Shown here one piece after another: positions 33,710-47,900 of a stretch of 64,000 nucleotides of DNA. The notes beneath the pieces are model-generated. The model did not search any database, was not told the DNA's origin, and was given only the letters and a program-made list of their open reading frames with translations. The DNA is from Andalucia godoyi And28 (taxonomy: Eukaryota; Protista; Jakobida). Within the stretch, counting starts at the first letter, position 1; each line of letters opens with the position of its first letter. The translations under genes were made by a program, and so were the position numbers. The stretch spans positions 189,618 through 253,617 of the forward strand of contig VRVR01000014.1 in assembly GCA_009859145.1 (NCBI GenBank). Direction: 5' to 3'.

Positions 33710-34189
33710 GACCGTTGAATAATAACACGTCATTGTCATGCATACGGAAGTATCCGTACGCAGACACGGTCAATACTGGCCGACACTAGCACGTTTGTTT
33801 CACAGGAACTCGTGCTTCCGCACGCTCGGCCAAAATTCAGTCTGGTTTCTGGTTTCACTTTATTAATTCAAATATGGGCATGAGTGCGCTGGGATGACCC
33901 ATTCGCCTACGCCGCTCGATACAGGGCCTCCTAGGTCCCGCAGACCTCCTAAGAGACCGCGTGTCACTACGCCTACCGCCTCTTCCTACTCTCGTATCTC
34001 CAGTTGCATCAATCGCTGCAACTGAGGACACGAAAGCGCCTGCTGCTAGGGCCGTCGGAATCAAAATGCACCCTTCTCAGGAACAACGTGTCACGCTGAG
34101 AAAGTGGCTCACCGATTGATCAAGATTGGGAACGGAGCGCGATGCATGTCTATTCGTAGATATGCATGTTCAGTGTATAACGTAGGCGT
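33710..34189 (+). mobile_element. TnpB/Fanzor-related non-autonomous element or relic, copy 2
   Basis: Second copy of 26480-26956; encodes RAVGIKMHPSQEQRVTLRKW...GARC...VYNVGV. Confidence 0.7.
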
Positions 34190-34425
34190 CAAGAGCCCAA
34201 ATGAAAAGCGGTTTTTTCTCTTTTATTTTTAAACAAAAGAAATTGAAGAACAAAAAAATGTTAAAAATCACGTTCTTCAACAAATGATCGACATCGAGCA
34301 GAGATAGGGGAAATGTTATGATATGTATAGCATGAATGCGTAATTAACTAAAAATAAAAAAAGTAAAAAATAGAGTTAAAAAAAATATAGAAAAGAAAAG
34401 AGAAGGGGGGGAAAAAAGGTTCGAT

Positions 34426-37077
34426 TCAGACAGAGCCGTGGGCGCTCGATCGTCTCAAAAACTCGGTTGCCATGGACCCTAAGCTATCAATGGCATCCTC
34501 AGACTTCTTCATGACGGTAATGGTTTCGTGGGCTTTGGACATTGTGTATGCATTTTGTAGTACTGATCCAAGTCGATACTTTTCCGTCATCAACGACTTC
34601 TGAACAGCAGAAACCGGATCAACCGTGAACGGAACACCCTGCTGCCCATTCAGCGTCAGAGAGGTTACGGTGAAATTGCTGGAACTCAAAGGAGTTCCGC
34701 CACCGGGAGTGGGGACTGCGCTTGCAGATCCCGGAGTGGTTGAAATGTTGGAAGGACGGACCCTGGAGAATCCGCTGTTGGTAGAGATTCGACTGTTAAT
34801 ATGCGATAGATGTTCATGCAAGGACGCACTTCTGGGAGCTAAACCAGCGGCATTCTCCTTGTTGTCCGAGTACGCGTTCTCTCCGGATACGACAACTGTT
34901 CCTGAGCCAGGAAGAGGAGGTGCTTGATTGTCCTCAGACATGTGAAGCTTCTTACGTGCAGTGCGCATGGGCTGGCTGCCAAAGAGGTCGTCTGCATCCG
35001 ACTGCGATGCATCCGACCGCGGCGTCTGGGTGAGAAAGGGGGTGGCAGACGACACGGATTGGTCCGCCTGGAACATTCCATCCATCGGAAGCAGAGAGCC
35101 GGGGGTTGATAACACATTGTGCGATGGATCCGAAGCCAGTGCAGAAGACGCCAAGCCGATCGAGCTGGACCCAATGGGAGGGGACGAAAACTTTGAGGCC
35201 GACGAAAGCAACGAATCGCGATGGCTGTTTTCTTGCATGTACGAAATGATACCACCTTGAACACCCGTGACATTCGAAAAGGCAGAGGGTCGATTCCCCA
35301 TCGGTGACGAGGAGCTGAAAGGCATACTGTTGTATGCTCCTTTCTGGCTTGGCGTTTGCATCGATTGCAAGATATCAGAATCGTCGTTGTACATTTTGTA
35401 AGGAGAAAAGGCAGGGCCAGACTGCGAGGGAGTCGGGAGACCCAAACGAGTAATCTTTGATGGTGTAGGAGTGTGATCACGAGGGCGCTTCTGTGCCGTG
35501 CGCAAAATTGACGGTGTTGTAGTCAACAAAGGCGTAGGAAGATTTCCATGCATGCTTCGATGCATGGAGCTCGAGGACGGAACAGATCTCGGAGTAGAGC
35601 CAATTTGCAAATACCGGTCTGGTGTGTACAGAGCTGAAGGATCACTTGGATCATGCGCGACGCTGTTCCTTCCTGGCGACAGGAACATTGGGTTCGCCAG
35701 ATCCCCAAAAATCACGCTGCTCGACAAATCATCGACGGATGAGGACAGAGGATGAACATTTGGCGTCGACGGAACACCGCTAGACGATGATCCGTGGACG
35801 TCGGAATTGAGCAAAAAAGAATCCTGAAGCGATTTTGTCGCAGATCCCGGAGTACTCAGCAAATTAAGCATGCTAGTGGGAGTTTTCAGCAACGACGCAG
35901 CACTTACTGGTGTTTGAGGGCCAGTAGACGACAGCGACGACACTTGTTGCGAGGAAGACGAAGGAGCAGCAGCCGATGATGATGATGATGACGACGACGA
36001 CCCTGCGCTGGAAGGTGCTCCCGGTTGCCCAGAGTGATGACCTGACAATTTCCGTGTATTGTTCTCGCTCTTCTTCTTTGTGTTCCGCAGCGGAGGAGAC
36101 GGCTGTCCCTTCTGTTGGCGCTCCATTCTTCGACGCATGGTCGAATTCCAATGGTTTTTGATAGCATTATCTGTTCGCCCAGGAAGCATTTTTGCAATCT
36201 CTGCCCACTTGTTTCCGTACTTGATGTGCGCTTGGACGATCGTTTCCTCTTCCTCCGGAGTCCAGTCCCCCTTTCGAATATCAGGATTCAAGTGATTATG
36301 CCATCGCTCTCGGCACTGCTTTCCAATGCGGCCCGGAAGGTTTGATGCAATTATGGACCATTTCTTAGGACCATGCTCTGCAACCAAGTCCACGATCCTT
36401 TGATCTTCTTCGGGAGTCCATGATCCCTTGATGAGATCCGGATTCAGCACCTTTTGCCAGCGATGAAGACACTGAACATCGGTGCGATTCTGAAAATGCT
36501 GCGCAATCGCCTTCCAGTTCTTTGCTCCTTGCTGGGCAATGATTTGTCGCAATTTCTCATCTTCAAACGTAGTCCAATTCCCTTTGGAAGATCTGCGAAT
36601 TTGTCCACCAGAAAATCTCTTTGCGTTATTGGAAATCGACTGTGAAGATGACGGATGACCATGCCCTCCAGACTGATCATCGTCATCGTCGTCATCGTCG
36701 TCGTCGTCGTCATCGTCGTCCGTGTAGTCGTCTTCGTTGTTGGAGGACGTGTTCGAGACGATCGACTGGTTCAGCGATCGGGATCCATTCTGAACAGACG
36801 AGAGCGACACAAGATCAAGATAGCCAGAGGCAAGAGTCGGTGGCGGCGGCAGTGATGTGGACGCTGATTGCGACGCCCCGATAAACCCATTCGTTGCAGA
36901 CTGCGAAGATGCAGGAGATGATAGTGAAAGACCAAAGAAAGCCGAAGACGGCGTCAGCAGCGCTCCGTGTGCACTTGCCGGCGAAGAAGCAACCGACGAG
37001 GACACAGAGGAAATTTGTGAAGGAATCCGAGGAGATGACATTGCGGATGACTTACCCGGAGTCTCGCTCTGCGACAT
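34426..37077 (-). CDS. MYB3R: R1R2R3 (3R) MYB transcription factor
   Basis: Three tandem MYB repeats ([12 protein letters not shown]...; KGSWTPEED...[14 protein letters not shown]; KGDWTPEEE...[13 protein letters not shown]). Likely start is ATG 37077 (MSQSETPGK); the upstream track extension is T-rich non-coding sequence. Confidence 0.95.
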   Translation of the reverse strand: MSQSETPGKSSAMSSPRIPSQISSVSSSVASSPASAHGALLTPSSAFFGLSLSSPASSQSATNGFIGASQSASTSLPPPPTLASGYLDLVSLSSVQNGSRSLNQSIVSNTSSNNEDDYTDDDDDDDDDDDDDDDQSGGHGHPSSSQSISNNAKRFSGGQIRRSSKGNWTTFEDEKLRQIIAQQGAKNWKAIAQHFQNRTDVQCLHRWQKVLNPDLIKGSWTPEEDQRIVDLVAEHGPKKWSIIASNLPGRIGKQCRERWHNHLNPDIRKGDWTPEEEETIVQAHIKYGNKWAEIAKMLPGRTDNAIKNHWNSTMRRRMERQQKGQPSPPLRNTKKKSENNTRKLSGHHSGQPGAPSSAGSSSSSSSSSAAAPSSSSQQVSSLSSTGPQTPVSAASLLKTPTSMLNLLSTPGSATKSLQDSFLLNSDVHGSSSSGVPSTPNVHPLSSSVDDLSSSVIFGDLANPMFLSPGRNSVAHDPSDPSALYTPDRYLQIGSTPRSVPSSSSMHRSMHGNLPTPLLTTTPSILRTAQKRPRDHTPTPSKITRLGLPTPSQSGPAFSPYKMYNDDSDILQSMQTPSQKGAYNSMPFSSSSPMGNRPSAFSNVTGVQGGIISYMQENSHRDSLLSSASKFSSPPIGSSSIGLASSALASDPSHNVLSTPGSLLPMDGMFQADQSVSSATPFLTQTPRSDASQSDADDLFGSQPMRTARKKLHMSEDNQAPPLPGSGTVVVSGENAYSDNKENAAGLAPRSASLHEHLSHINSRISTNSGFSRVRPSNISTTPGSASAVPTPGGGTPLSSSNFTVTSLTLNGQQGVPFTVDPVSAVQKSLMTEKYRLGSVLQNAYTMSKAHETITVMKKSEDAIDSLGSMATEFLRRSSAHGSV

Positions 37078-38970
37078 GTTTGGACTGCACAAAAAATCAA
37101 AAAAAAAGAAAAACGCCCACGAGACAGGAAAGCAGAGAACGAAGAAGTAAAAACACGAGGGAAGAAGAAGAACAATGAAAATCAATGAAGGGGAATATTC
37201 AAAAGAAAATAATAATATTAAAATGACACAACAAGACAAACAGAAGATGATGAAATTCTGGAGGAAGGAAAGCAAAGCACAAACCAAAACCAAGTTGGAG
37301 CCCAGTCAATGTCTTTGACAAATTGATGAGAATGACAGAAGTCGAACAATGACTCCCGTTGGTGGTTGTGGCGGGAAACACAAAAAAACGAAGACGTTAG
37401 TGTCAGAATGACAGGGACTGACATTGCGATGGCGGGATTCCGGGAAAAAACACACTTCCTGATAAATGTCACTCAAAAATGCTTCATTCATTCATTGTCG
37501 AGGCAACTCTTCTTTAAAAAAAGTAGCGTTTGTTATTTTTCGATCTGAGATGTTTTATAATATATAGAGGAACCACATGAGATGCAAAATTCGGAACCCC
37601 GTTTAATTAATTTAAAAAAATGCATCTCGAAGCGAGCGCGGTTAAAGCCAAAACACTTTGATTTCTCTTCCACGACGCTCAGAAGATGATGGGGCTTCCT
37701 CTGGAAAGATCGAGTAAATCGTGGACGCCTCTACTCCGTCGAATCCATCCAAAACTACCTCGCAAGCCGCTCCGTCACCACTGCCACGGAAAAAAAGAAT
37801 GCAAAGAGAAGACGATCTGTTGCGCGAGAGTTCTCCAGCGATCATCAACGGCCCGATCTCGAAACGACAAGTCCAAGACCCTTCAAACGACAATATCGCG
37901 TCCGGGAGCAACTTCAACCGCCCCGGTCTTAAAGACGATGCCGTAGCGGAAACGTCGAAGAAGCTGTGGTTGTCCACAAAGACCGTGTCGCTCGATTCGG
38001 TTTCGATCTCCTCAGCTTGGATTTTCCCAGACGTTTGCTGTTCGACTCCGATCATTCACACGGACACGACGAGCAGCGTTGACCTGTTGTGGTCCACGAC
38101 GAAGCAACTGAAGAGTACAAACATTGTGGAGTTCGAAGTGGATCGCGATTGGCTTTGGTGCTCGAAATGCATGTTTGAAGCATTATTCAATCATTCTGAG
38201 CGCCTTTGCTTTAAGCGAAGTGCGCGATGGGTGCCTCGGCGCTTCTCGTGTACGGAGTTGTAAGCATAAATCTCATGAAAGCGAGGCGAGTGTTGTTGCC
38301 AGTACTGATCAACACTGATTATTATTGGAACGAGGCGCTGACCCTGGATTTCTTTTCAGTTAGTTTTCCCGTAACCAAAGACGGAAAAAGGAAAGAGGAA
38401 AAGAGGTTGGGAGAAGAGAAAATCCCCGCATCTTGAACTCGAAGTTCTGTGCACGCGCGACAGGTGCCAAATTTGTTCGCGACTTCCCGTCATTGCACGT
38501 TGAGGTCAAAGACGACGAACCACCGCGACGCAGGAAAATCCAACCGCGGAGTGGGCCACGAGCGGGTTGAACGCGCTGATCGTGCGGAGCTCCGTGCAGC
38601 TCTTCCAAAGGAGAACAAGAAGAAACCTCCGCCTTCCTCTTTTGTCTAAAGAGTAGCAAATTGCTGGTGCATTCCACCTTTTTTGTCCACTTGCATTGAA
38701 CTCGACGTCTGTTTCTTGGCTGCTCGACTTGACCTCGCCGACTTGCGCAATAATGAAAAATGAAGAAGAACATGCCTCTCAAAAACAAGAAAGAAAAAGA
38801 GATTGTCACACAGACAGCGTTCTCAGTTTTTTTTCCCCTCTCTGTTTTTCTGTTCTGCGTTTCTCTGCTTCTTTTTGTTTTATTCAATCCTCACATTCAT
38901 CATTTCTACATTCCGCTTGCCATTCCTTTTAAGAAGTTCTATAACTTGAAAAAACAATTAATTATCAAAC

Positions 38971-41900
38971 ATGTTGGAGAAGATTTTTGCAGATATGCTC
39001 TCGAAGCACATCGATCCTTTTGTTGTGAATCTTACTCCGCAGTCGCTTAAGACCTCGGTTACCGAAGGAAACTTGACGGTCACAGACTTGATTTTGCGAG
39101 AAGACGCTCTGTTGCAGATGGATTTCCCGTTTGTCATCCGAAAGGGTATCATCAAGAAGGTGTCTTTGCGCGTTCCTTGGAAGAAGCTGAATTCCGAGCC
39201 TGTACAATGCGATGTCGATGGTGTTTATGTTGTGCTGGAGCCGAAACGAAGTGCGTCGAGTGGGGCGGAAACGGATGACGCCATTACACTGCAAGCCAGA
39301 AAAAGATATGCACTTTCGCAGTATGAAAAGTCCTCTGCATTTCTGAACCAAGTGGACGTCGACGAGAAATCGGGTGCTTCTGCTTCTGCAGCCCCCGTTT
39401 CATTTGTACAGTATATGATGCAAACCATCCTTTTCAATTTGCAACTTTCGGTGAAGAACATCCATGTTCGTCTGGAGGAGGGAAACTGTGCCATGGGATT
39501 TGTTTTGAAGGAGCTTGGCCTCCGCACAACAGACGAAAAGTTCCAGCCAAAATATGTGAAGAATCCCGGAAACTTCCTGTTCAAGCGTGCGACACTCTCC
39601 ATGATGTCCTTCTATGCTGATGTTGCTTCGCAGTACCAGTTCTCGAATGAGCCCCTTACCAACGACGAGTTTTGCCAAGTAATGCTCATGACCATGGAGT
39701 CCCAGCAGGGTCTCGTTGTGCACCCCGTGAAGGCCGAGGCTCTGTGTACGATCCAAACGTCTGTGCAATCTGCAGACTTGACCATCCCGAAAGTGAACGT
39801 CAATCTGCGACTCGAAGCTGTCTATGTTTCCGTTACTCATGATCAGCTTGTCGCCGTTCTTGACCTTGCCGCGTACTCCTCTACGTACCGCCGACTGGAA
39901 CAATTTAGGTTCCTTCGCCCGAAAGTCCGCCCCTCGAAGGATCCTCGAGCATGGTGGCTGTACGCCGGGAATGCCGTCATGCAGTCTCTTCGTCGTCTGA
40001 CGCGGACAGCAGATGTCGCCTCTTTGGCCAAACAAGTGCCTACGATGAAACTTCGTGACGAGTACATTTCTTTATTCAAGAAGTCGCGTGAAACTCCTGT
40101 TTACCCCGCACTGACTTCAGATGAACGGGCTCGTCTCCGTGAAATGGAGGATGTCATGGAGACGGACGATCTGCTTTTGTTCCGTCGTCATGCAGATGCG
40201 GAACTGATCGCGGAAGTCCGCAAGTCCTCCCACTGGGGTGAACTGAAGGCCAAGAAGGAGCGCCACCTGTGGTTCCAAGGACTGCGAAAGCTTGCAGGTG
40301 CTTCCGATGTGAGTGTCAATCCCAGTCAGACGGCACTGGCCGCACTGACTCCGGACGAGTTGAACCAGGTGTACTCGGAAGTGGGATATGCCAACCAGGC
40401 GGACTCCAGTTCTCCTTCTCCGGACTGGGTAACAATGCAGTTTTCAGTATCGCTCGAAGTTCTGCAGTTGACGCTCAAAGACGTTGCCCGTGTCATGTTG
40501 TCCGGCATTAAGCTGCGGTCATCCAGTTCTCAGAACATCAGTGACCTGGAGCTCTCACTGCATTCCCTTGCTGTTGTCGATGATCTGCAACCGTCTTCAT
40601 CTATTTTGCTTCCTTCGCCATCCAAGGGAAACAGCGAATTGATGATCCTTCAGGTCTCTCTGTCCTCGGACAAGATCAACGTTTCCGGACTGATTTCTCC
40701 TATCGACATTCATGTCCGTCCCGTTTACATTGCCCGTCTCTTCAGCTTTTTCAAGTTACCGGACGTTATTGACATCTCTGATCTGAAGTCGTTTGGCATG
40801 CAGCAAATGCTCCGTGTTTCAAGAAAGACTGCAAACGAGATTCAAAAGGTCTTGGCAATGGGCCGCATGAAGCTTAATATCGCATTGGATGTCCGTGCCC
40901 CACGCCTGATTCTGAATGATCTCGTTTATCTGGATCTTGGGCGAATTACTGTAGCAACTGCTGTGGAGCAACCTTACAACGATCTTGATACGTTTGACGT
41001 ATCCATTGATGGGTTGTCCGTGACAGTTGAGAACTCTGTCATTTTGTCCAAGGTTTCCCTTGTTGGAAAGGTCAATCAGGCCTTCTTGCCCGCGACAGTT
41101 CCCCAAACCAGGATCAGCATTGGCTTCGGACAGGATACTCCGATTGACATCAGTCTGACGTCCCGCTCTATGACAAGGCTCTTAGATGGTGTGATTCCCG
41201 TTATGAATGCTTTCCAAACATCGAACTACCTGCCTTCTCGTCCGAATTTACGCCGGTCTGAAGGATGGCTGTCATACCGTTCTTCGGACTCCTCTGCCGA
41301 GGTTCCTTTATACTGGATCGTCTGCGAGGACGATTCTCGGCTTGTAGGCTACAATGATGAGACATTTTCACGCCCTGCTGCCGTGTTTGACTTGACGGAT
41401 CCCCATCTTACTGTGTTCTCCATCGACAAGTCTTCCTTTGCATTGAAGCTTCAGCACGCAAACATTTCGAAGCAGTCCCAGACTTTCATTTTCAAGGATG
41501 AGTCCAAAGACTCTGAACTGCGAGAGTCGTCTTCTGCATGGGTGTCCACCCTCCGAGAGAAGCTTTCCTATTATCTGCTTCAGGACAAGAGCAAAGTGGT
41601 TTCTGAAACCGTTCTTGGAGAAAACGAAAGCAAAGTTGGAATGCAGTCATATCCGCTGGAATTCCACGTCACTGCTCCGGCTGGAATTTGCATGCATCTC
41701 TATGAGATAGAGGAGATTGTCATTGCGGACATGTCCTTGAGTTTGCTCACAGCTCCAGACTTGGCATGCTCTGTTACTGTCTCCAAGATTCAATGCATGA
41801 AATCGTCGTTAGTGGACATTGCAGATGTATCTGTTGCAATGTCGAAATCTCTGGTTTCGATTTCTGTTGCTTCCATCAAGTCCTGCATGTCGCTGGCCAG

Positions 41901-44900
41901 AAAGGAAGACAAGGACAGTTTGTTGCTCTGCATTTTGGACGGTCTTCGTGGGTCGTTTGACAAGGTTTCTGCTAGGTTTTCTCCAGCTCCTATGTGGCAC
42001 CTTTCGGTGCCGCATTCCACCAAACTGAATGAACCGACGTCAATTGCTCTCTCTGCGAAGACGTTTGAGTTCCTAATGGAGGATTTTGACGGAGTTGCTG
42101 CTGTGCAATGCTCTGCTAGCCCGTTGAAGTTTGCCGTTGGACTCGATCCTGAAATTCCGTCGCTGGCCTTTTCTCAAAAGGGCTTGTCGGTTTTGTTGTA
42201 TTCTGACAACTTCATGTCCTGCCCCGATCTGTCGATGGTTGGATCCCGCAATGAGATCAGTGTCGAGGCGTCCGAGAAGATTGTTTTCACTCCGCAAGCC
42301 GGAGTGTTTCCGCGTTTGATGCATCTTTTCGCGACTCTTTCCAGCCATGCGGCCACAGCGTCTGCTTCCGCTTCCGCCCTGTTTGGAAAGAGTGGTCACG
42401 TGGAAACAAAGCAAAATATTGCGGCACCGATGCTCTCTGCGACGCTGAACGTCGGCTTGGCAGGTATTTGTATTACTGCTTCGAATGTTCTTCGTCTGGA
42501 GATTGGGAGAATTACAGGAATCGGAAAGTCTCTGTCTCAAGACGGGGCCAATATGGTCGTTTCTGAGTGTGTTGTTCGCCTTATAGAGTCTGAACACATT
42601 TCGGATGATACGGCGGCACCGTCAGCACCACTTCTGTCTTGCGAGAATGTTTCCTTGTGCCTGCGATCATTCGTCGAGGACAAACGTTCAGGCACATTCG
42701 TGAACTGTCTTGTGATGGTTATGAAGTCAGGCCGAGGCAAGTTCTCCAAAAAGGACATTGATACCTTGGCTGCGTTTGGTCGGGCCTGGTACATGGACAT
42801 TGCAGCTAGCACTTTTGGAGTGTCAGAAAAGAAGGATCCTACGTCGCCGCGTCCAGCTTCTCAAAAGCAGCAGAGCCGGTTCATGGACGCTTTCACGACG
42901 TTTAGACCATCTGTGCGGTTGGAAAGCTCTTCCATTGAAGTGGAAGATCTGTTCACATTTGAGTGTGCAAGCTTTGCTGGTGGTATATCCTCGGGTGCTG
43001 CAGAACTCAAAGCTCGAGGAATTTGCCTTCGTGATTTGAGCACTGGCGTGAAGATGCTTTCTCTGGAAAATCCCTCCCACGTGTCGTTTGATTTGCGAAA
43101 GTCTTGCCTGGATTTGAATCTGGACACTCCGCAGATCCGGTTTGATGTGGGATTCTTTTCGAGAGTGAATGCGCTTGTCTTGGATATTGCAGCGATTGTT
43201 GCAAAACCAACTTCCTCCGATGCGCTGTCTGAAGAATCGGAGGTTGTTCCTGTTGTTGACAAGGAGGTTGAGAATACCGGGGATGTTGTTCTTGCTTCCA
43301 CAGACAAGCGACTTATTCTGGATGCGGATCTTTCGCTGTCGGAAACCCGAAGAATTATTCTTCAGGACTCCGACGTTTCTTCCGACGTTATCCTCGACGG
43401 ACGCTCCAGGTATCGTGTCTATTTTAATGAAGCACCCGGCCCGTTAGTGTTCATCGGAAAGAATCGAACTCTTCGAATCGAGAACGCAGTCATTGTCTGT
43501 CGCCACAGCCGGTTGGAGGATGTGGTCGTGAACAGGAATCTTGAATCAGCATTCGGTTCTCCTGCGTTCCGCATTCTTCCGTCGTGCACAATCTCGGGTA
43601 CCAAGCGACACCAAGCACATTTGTTGAGCACCGAGCAGGCACGTCCGGCTTTAACAATTCCAAGTGTCACCCTGTCGATGAAGAACGCCGGCTTGGACAT
43701 TCTGGGCAAGTACGGAAACGGTCTGTCATTCGTGCTGTCAGCAAAAGGCGCGTTTTCGTCAGAAAAGAGTGAGGGCTTCTTCCATGTGTCGTCCCTGCGC
43801 ATGAGCCGGCCTAAGAAGGACTGTGCTGCGCAGTCCATGCAGGAGGGCATCGTTCGGCTTGACTCGGGATGCTCCATGTCACTTCGATGGAAGCCGAGTC
43901 TGGAGTCCGATCTGCAAACGACTGGGTCTCCGGAAGAGTCGCTGGAGGAAGGATCCGAGGAATGTGCGGACTTGAGCCGGGACGGCAAGGCGGTTGTCCC
44001 TGCATCAGTGGAGAAGAAGGGATACACCGTTCGTGTTGACGTCGGAGCTCCTTGTGAGGTCCCCGAGATGATGCTGTCACAAGGCGTTCTCGTTCCCGTG
44101 TATCTGTCGCAGATCGTTGCAGTCCTCGAATTCTTGGAGCAAATCGCATCGTTGGTTGGCACGTCGTCGCCGAGTACGAACCTACCACAGTCCAATTCCT
44201 CGGCTTTGTCCATCAAGCCCGAGACTTCGCTCCTTGCGGGATATTTATCAGAGTCTCGAATTGTTCTGATGAATGACAATCCCCTTAGTGTTCGCTTTGA
44301 GCTCCTCGACGACGTTGCATTTCCGACTCTGCCGCACTCGGTGCTTCTCGTGAATGCTTCTGATATTCGCATTCGTGGCATCATTGATGCTCAGTCAGGT
44401 TCGCTTTCTCTGAGAATCCCGTCCATCAACGCGGAACACTGGAACACGACTGTGGGAATGTGGGAACCGATCCTGGATCCCTCTTTTGGCTTCAGAATGA
44501 GGTCCGTATATTCTGGTGCAGACGGATCGGCCAGCTCCGTTTGCAGACTGGATCCAGTGGATGTTGTTGTGACGCCGTCGTTACTCAATTCGTTGTATCG
44601 ATGCACTACAATTCTTGCAAACAAGCTCGCCCCTCAAGGAAGTGAAAATGAGCCAGATCTGGCAACGGCAGGAGGCGACACGATCGTCCAGAACTTCACT
44701 GGAAAGCCGGTCACCATTGTTGTTCTGAAGTCTCAAGTTCTCGCCACTCTTGCAGACGGCGCTTCCAAGGTTCTGAATTTGCAGACTCGACAGTACTCGG
44801 GGGACAATACCAAGAACGAAGAGGTCTTTTCTGTGAAGGTGGACGAATTTTTGACGCTGGAACGTGTCGTTCTTCCGACGTCCATTCCTATGGTCTATCC

Positions 44901-47900
44901 ACTCATCCATTCTTCATCCAAGAAGAACGGTCAGAACAGCTCGTTTATCGTCGTTTCTGCGTCAGCCTCCTCGACTGGAAAACGCGTCATCTCTCTTCAT
45001 TCGCAGACGAAAATCGAGAATGATTCTCCCTTCCCGATCGAAGTTGAGATGGCGAACGGTGTTTTCAAATCTGTTGGACAGAGAGACTCGGTGTATCTTC
45101 CGATAACCGATGGTCTCAATGCTTCCGATGCCCTCCGCGTCCGCGTTCTACTTCCGGATGGCTCGAAGTCGGAAGGTGTTGTGAAAATGTCGGAGGCTGT
45201 CGACAAGGCATCCACCGATGGCGACAACGCAGATAGCTCATACACGGATGCGCAGATCGACGGTGCCGTTCCGGTCTCCCTGGGATGTTTGTCGTATCCG
45301 TTTATGCTGGGAGCACCGCTATCCAATGAAGACAAGAGTTCTCCGAAGTTGACATCGTTGAACTTGGACGTTCGCTACAGGCTGTACAATCATCTTCCGC
45401 ATGATGTTGTCCTGCAGATTGTTGCAGACTCGCATTCCAAGACCGAAAGCTGGATCACTCTCAAGTGCGGCCAGTGTGCTGCTCTTGGCATTTTTGATAC
45501 CGCTGACACAGAAGTTGCTGTGCGAATGTGGAAGCCTGCCGACACTCGCATTCCGTCGATTGACGCGACGTGCAAGGAGATCCCTGTCTTCTTCTCGACC
45601 GGTGCTGCAATCGATGTGAGCGGATGCATTCCGCTCTCCAAGCACCAGGTTATTCTGTCTGGAAAACGAGCTGCAGATCGAATTTCCGATTCTTATGTTG
45701 GCATTGATTACACCTTGTCTCGAAATGGCAGTTACTCGGTGACATTCTATGCTCCGCTTTGGATTGTGAATGCCACTCCATATGCCGTCAGCATTCGGGA
45801 TCGGGATAAACACGGGGACGTCTCGTTGGTGCCGGCATCCACAGCGGGTGGTTTTGCGCCATCTTCTGCCTTTTCGTACCGAGCATTGATCCAGGGAACC
45901 TCCCGAGCCCAGCTGCGATTCCAGGATGCGGATAACCATTCCAAATGGTCCTCTGCATTTGCAGTCGATGGTCTGGGATATGGCTTGCATGCGGTTTCTT
46001 GGCCTTCGAAGGATGCTTTCGGAAAGAAACACAAGCAAGTTGTTCACGCTGCTGTGAAGATTGCTCCAGCGCCTTCGCCGTGCAACTTGACGAGAATCCT
46101 TACGATATCCCCGCGATTTGTGTTCAAGAACAGCACAAGTAGAGCGATCACAGTTGGTCAGACTGGAACGTCCCAGAGGGTGAGTGTTCCAGTCGGATCC
46201 ACAGTGCCTTTCCCTGCTATGTGGGAAAAGCACGGACAGCAGGATGTTACGTTTTCTTATGGAAATGACAACCAAACGATTTCGATACCCATCGCAGCAA
46301 TGGATCGCCCTCACGTTCTTCCTATCAGTGGCGTGCAGTCGTTGAGCGCTGTTAGCAGCTTGCGGGTCTTCTGCGACAATCAGAATTCCCAAACCGTCGT
46401 TACTGTTGGCGAGTGCAGACCTGGTACAGAGATGGGTGTCCTTCCGGATTACCTGTTTGCTGTGAGGAATGAGAGCTGGGTCCCCTTGCGAATCCGTTTG
46501 GCGCATCCCAATACTGGGCTTCCTGCTTTTGTGAATGTTCCTCCTTTCCGCACAATGCCCATTCCTCACGCGAATCCCTCAGATTCCAAGCACTACGTCG
46601 GTGTCACGATGCCTGGCATGAAGATCGACGAGGTAAAGATCAGCCTTGACGCGGTCGGCAAAGCGAAGCCTGTTGGGCAGTCATGGAGCGCTTTTGTCAC
46701 TGTTGACAGTGGAAGACGAACTCTAGTCGTTCGAGAATCCGGTACTCCAGCAAGCTCGATTGCCGTGAAGCCGGACGATTTGTCCTCTCGATTCCAAAAA
46801 CAGTTCTTGTTTGTTGTTCCTCACGTTGGAGTATCGGTGCTTGCAAGGCGCTCGAACGAAGATCGCGTCGATGGAACCACTGGAGTTCTGGAAGAACTGG
46901 TGTACCTGTCTGTGAAGAATGTGTCGTTTTTCCAGGGCCTGAGTTCTTCTGGGCTCTCTGTGTCAGAATTGCTTGTTCGAAGCGTGCAGATCGATCACAA
47001 CAGTATGAACGCGATCCACCCCGTTCTGCTCAGTGCAAAACCGTCAGATACCGGAAGCGCATGGCAGATTATTATGGCGCAGTCAACTCGGGATTCATCG
47101 GCCGGTTCGCTTCTTGCATTCCCTCTGATTTCTGTCACGGTTCCGCATTTGATCTTGAAACTGGAAGAAGTTTTCCTGTCGAGATTTGTTGGGCTCGCTC
47201 GCGATTGCCAGTCCCACATTTCATCAGTGTTCCCGACGGAATCCAGCCGCATTTACGCGTCGCACAGAGAATCTGAATGGAACCGTGTGCTTTCTCCGTT
47301 GTCTGGAGTTTCATCTACAGAGGCTGCCGTCACGTCCGCCGTTGCGGTCTATGCGTCCCTAATCTGGATTCATCCCATTGCGATTGACGTGTCCTATGAC
47401 GCGGACCCTTCCCCTGACGCGGTGGATCCAGTCGTCAGAAGGGCAAGATCGATGGGAATCAACTTGCTGACCGTCTCTCGGGCTCCGATTCGCATTGATG
47501 CGCTGGTGATGAAGCACGTGCTCTGTTCCTCGGCCTCTGATTTAGCTCTGCGTTTGCAACGGTACTATGTCCGACAAGCAATCAAGGAGAGCTACCATGT
47601 TTTGGGCGCGATTGACTTGATCGGAGCTCCCGTCACCGTTCTTTCCGGTGTTGCCTCCGGAGTGAAATCGTTCTTCTATGAACCCTCGCAGGCTTCTTTG
47701 AACCGCCCTTCATCAGTTGTGAAGGCTGTTGGCCGCGGCACGAGCTCCTTGGTCAGTCGACCGGTTGCTTCCTTGTTTGCAGCCACTGCTGGGCTATCCG
47801 GTTCTGTTGCGCGTGGTCTTGCAACAGCTACGTTCGATGATGACTTCATTGCCAAGCGCCGCGCATTGGTGTCTCGTCGCCATCCAAAGGGCTTCTTGGA

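Noticed and set aside
26480-34189. LTR retrotransposon or composite transposon bounded by the two 480-bp direct repeats
   Set aside because: The interior holds ordinary host genes (RluA, PSMD9, axis-like gene) and no gag/pol or transposase; the repeats lack shared TG...CA ends and a TSD.
34400-34430. tRNA suggested by GGTTCGATTC
   Set aside because: No acceptor, D or anticodon arms; the context is poly-purine sequence at the MYB stop codon.
8655-37077. RB and 3R-MYB as a cell-cycle (DREAM/MMB) gene cluster
   Set aside because: They are about 23 kb apart with many unrelated genes between; chance in a compact genome is sufficient.
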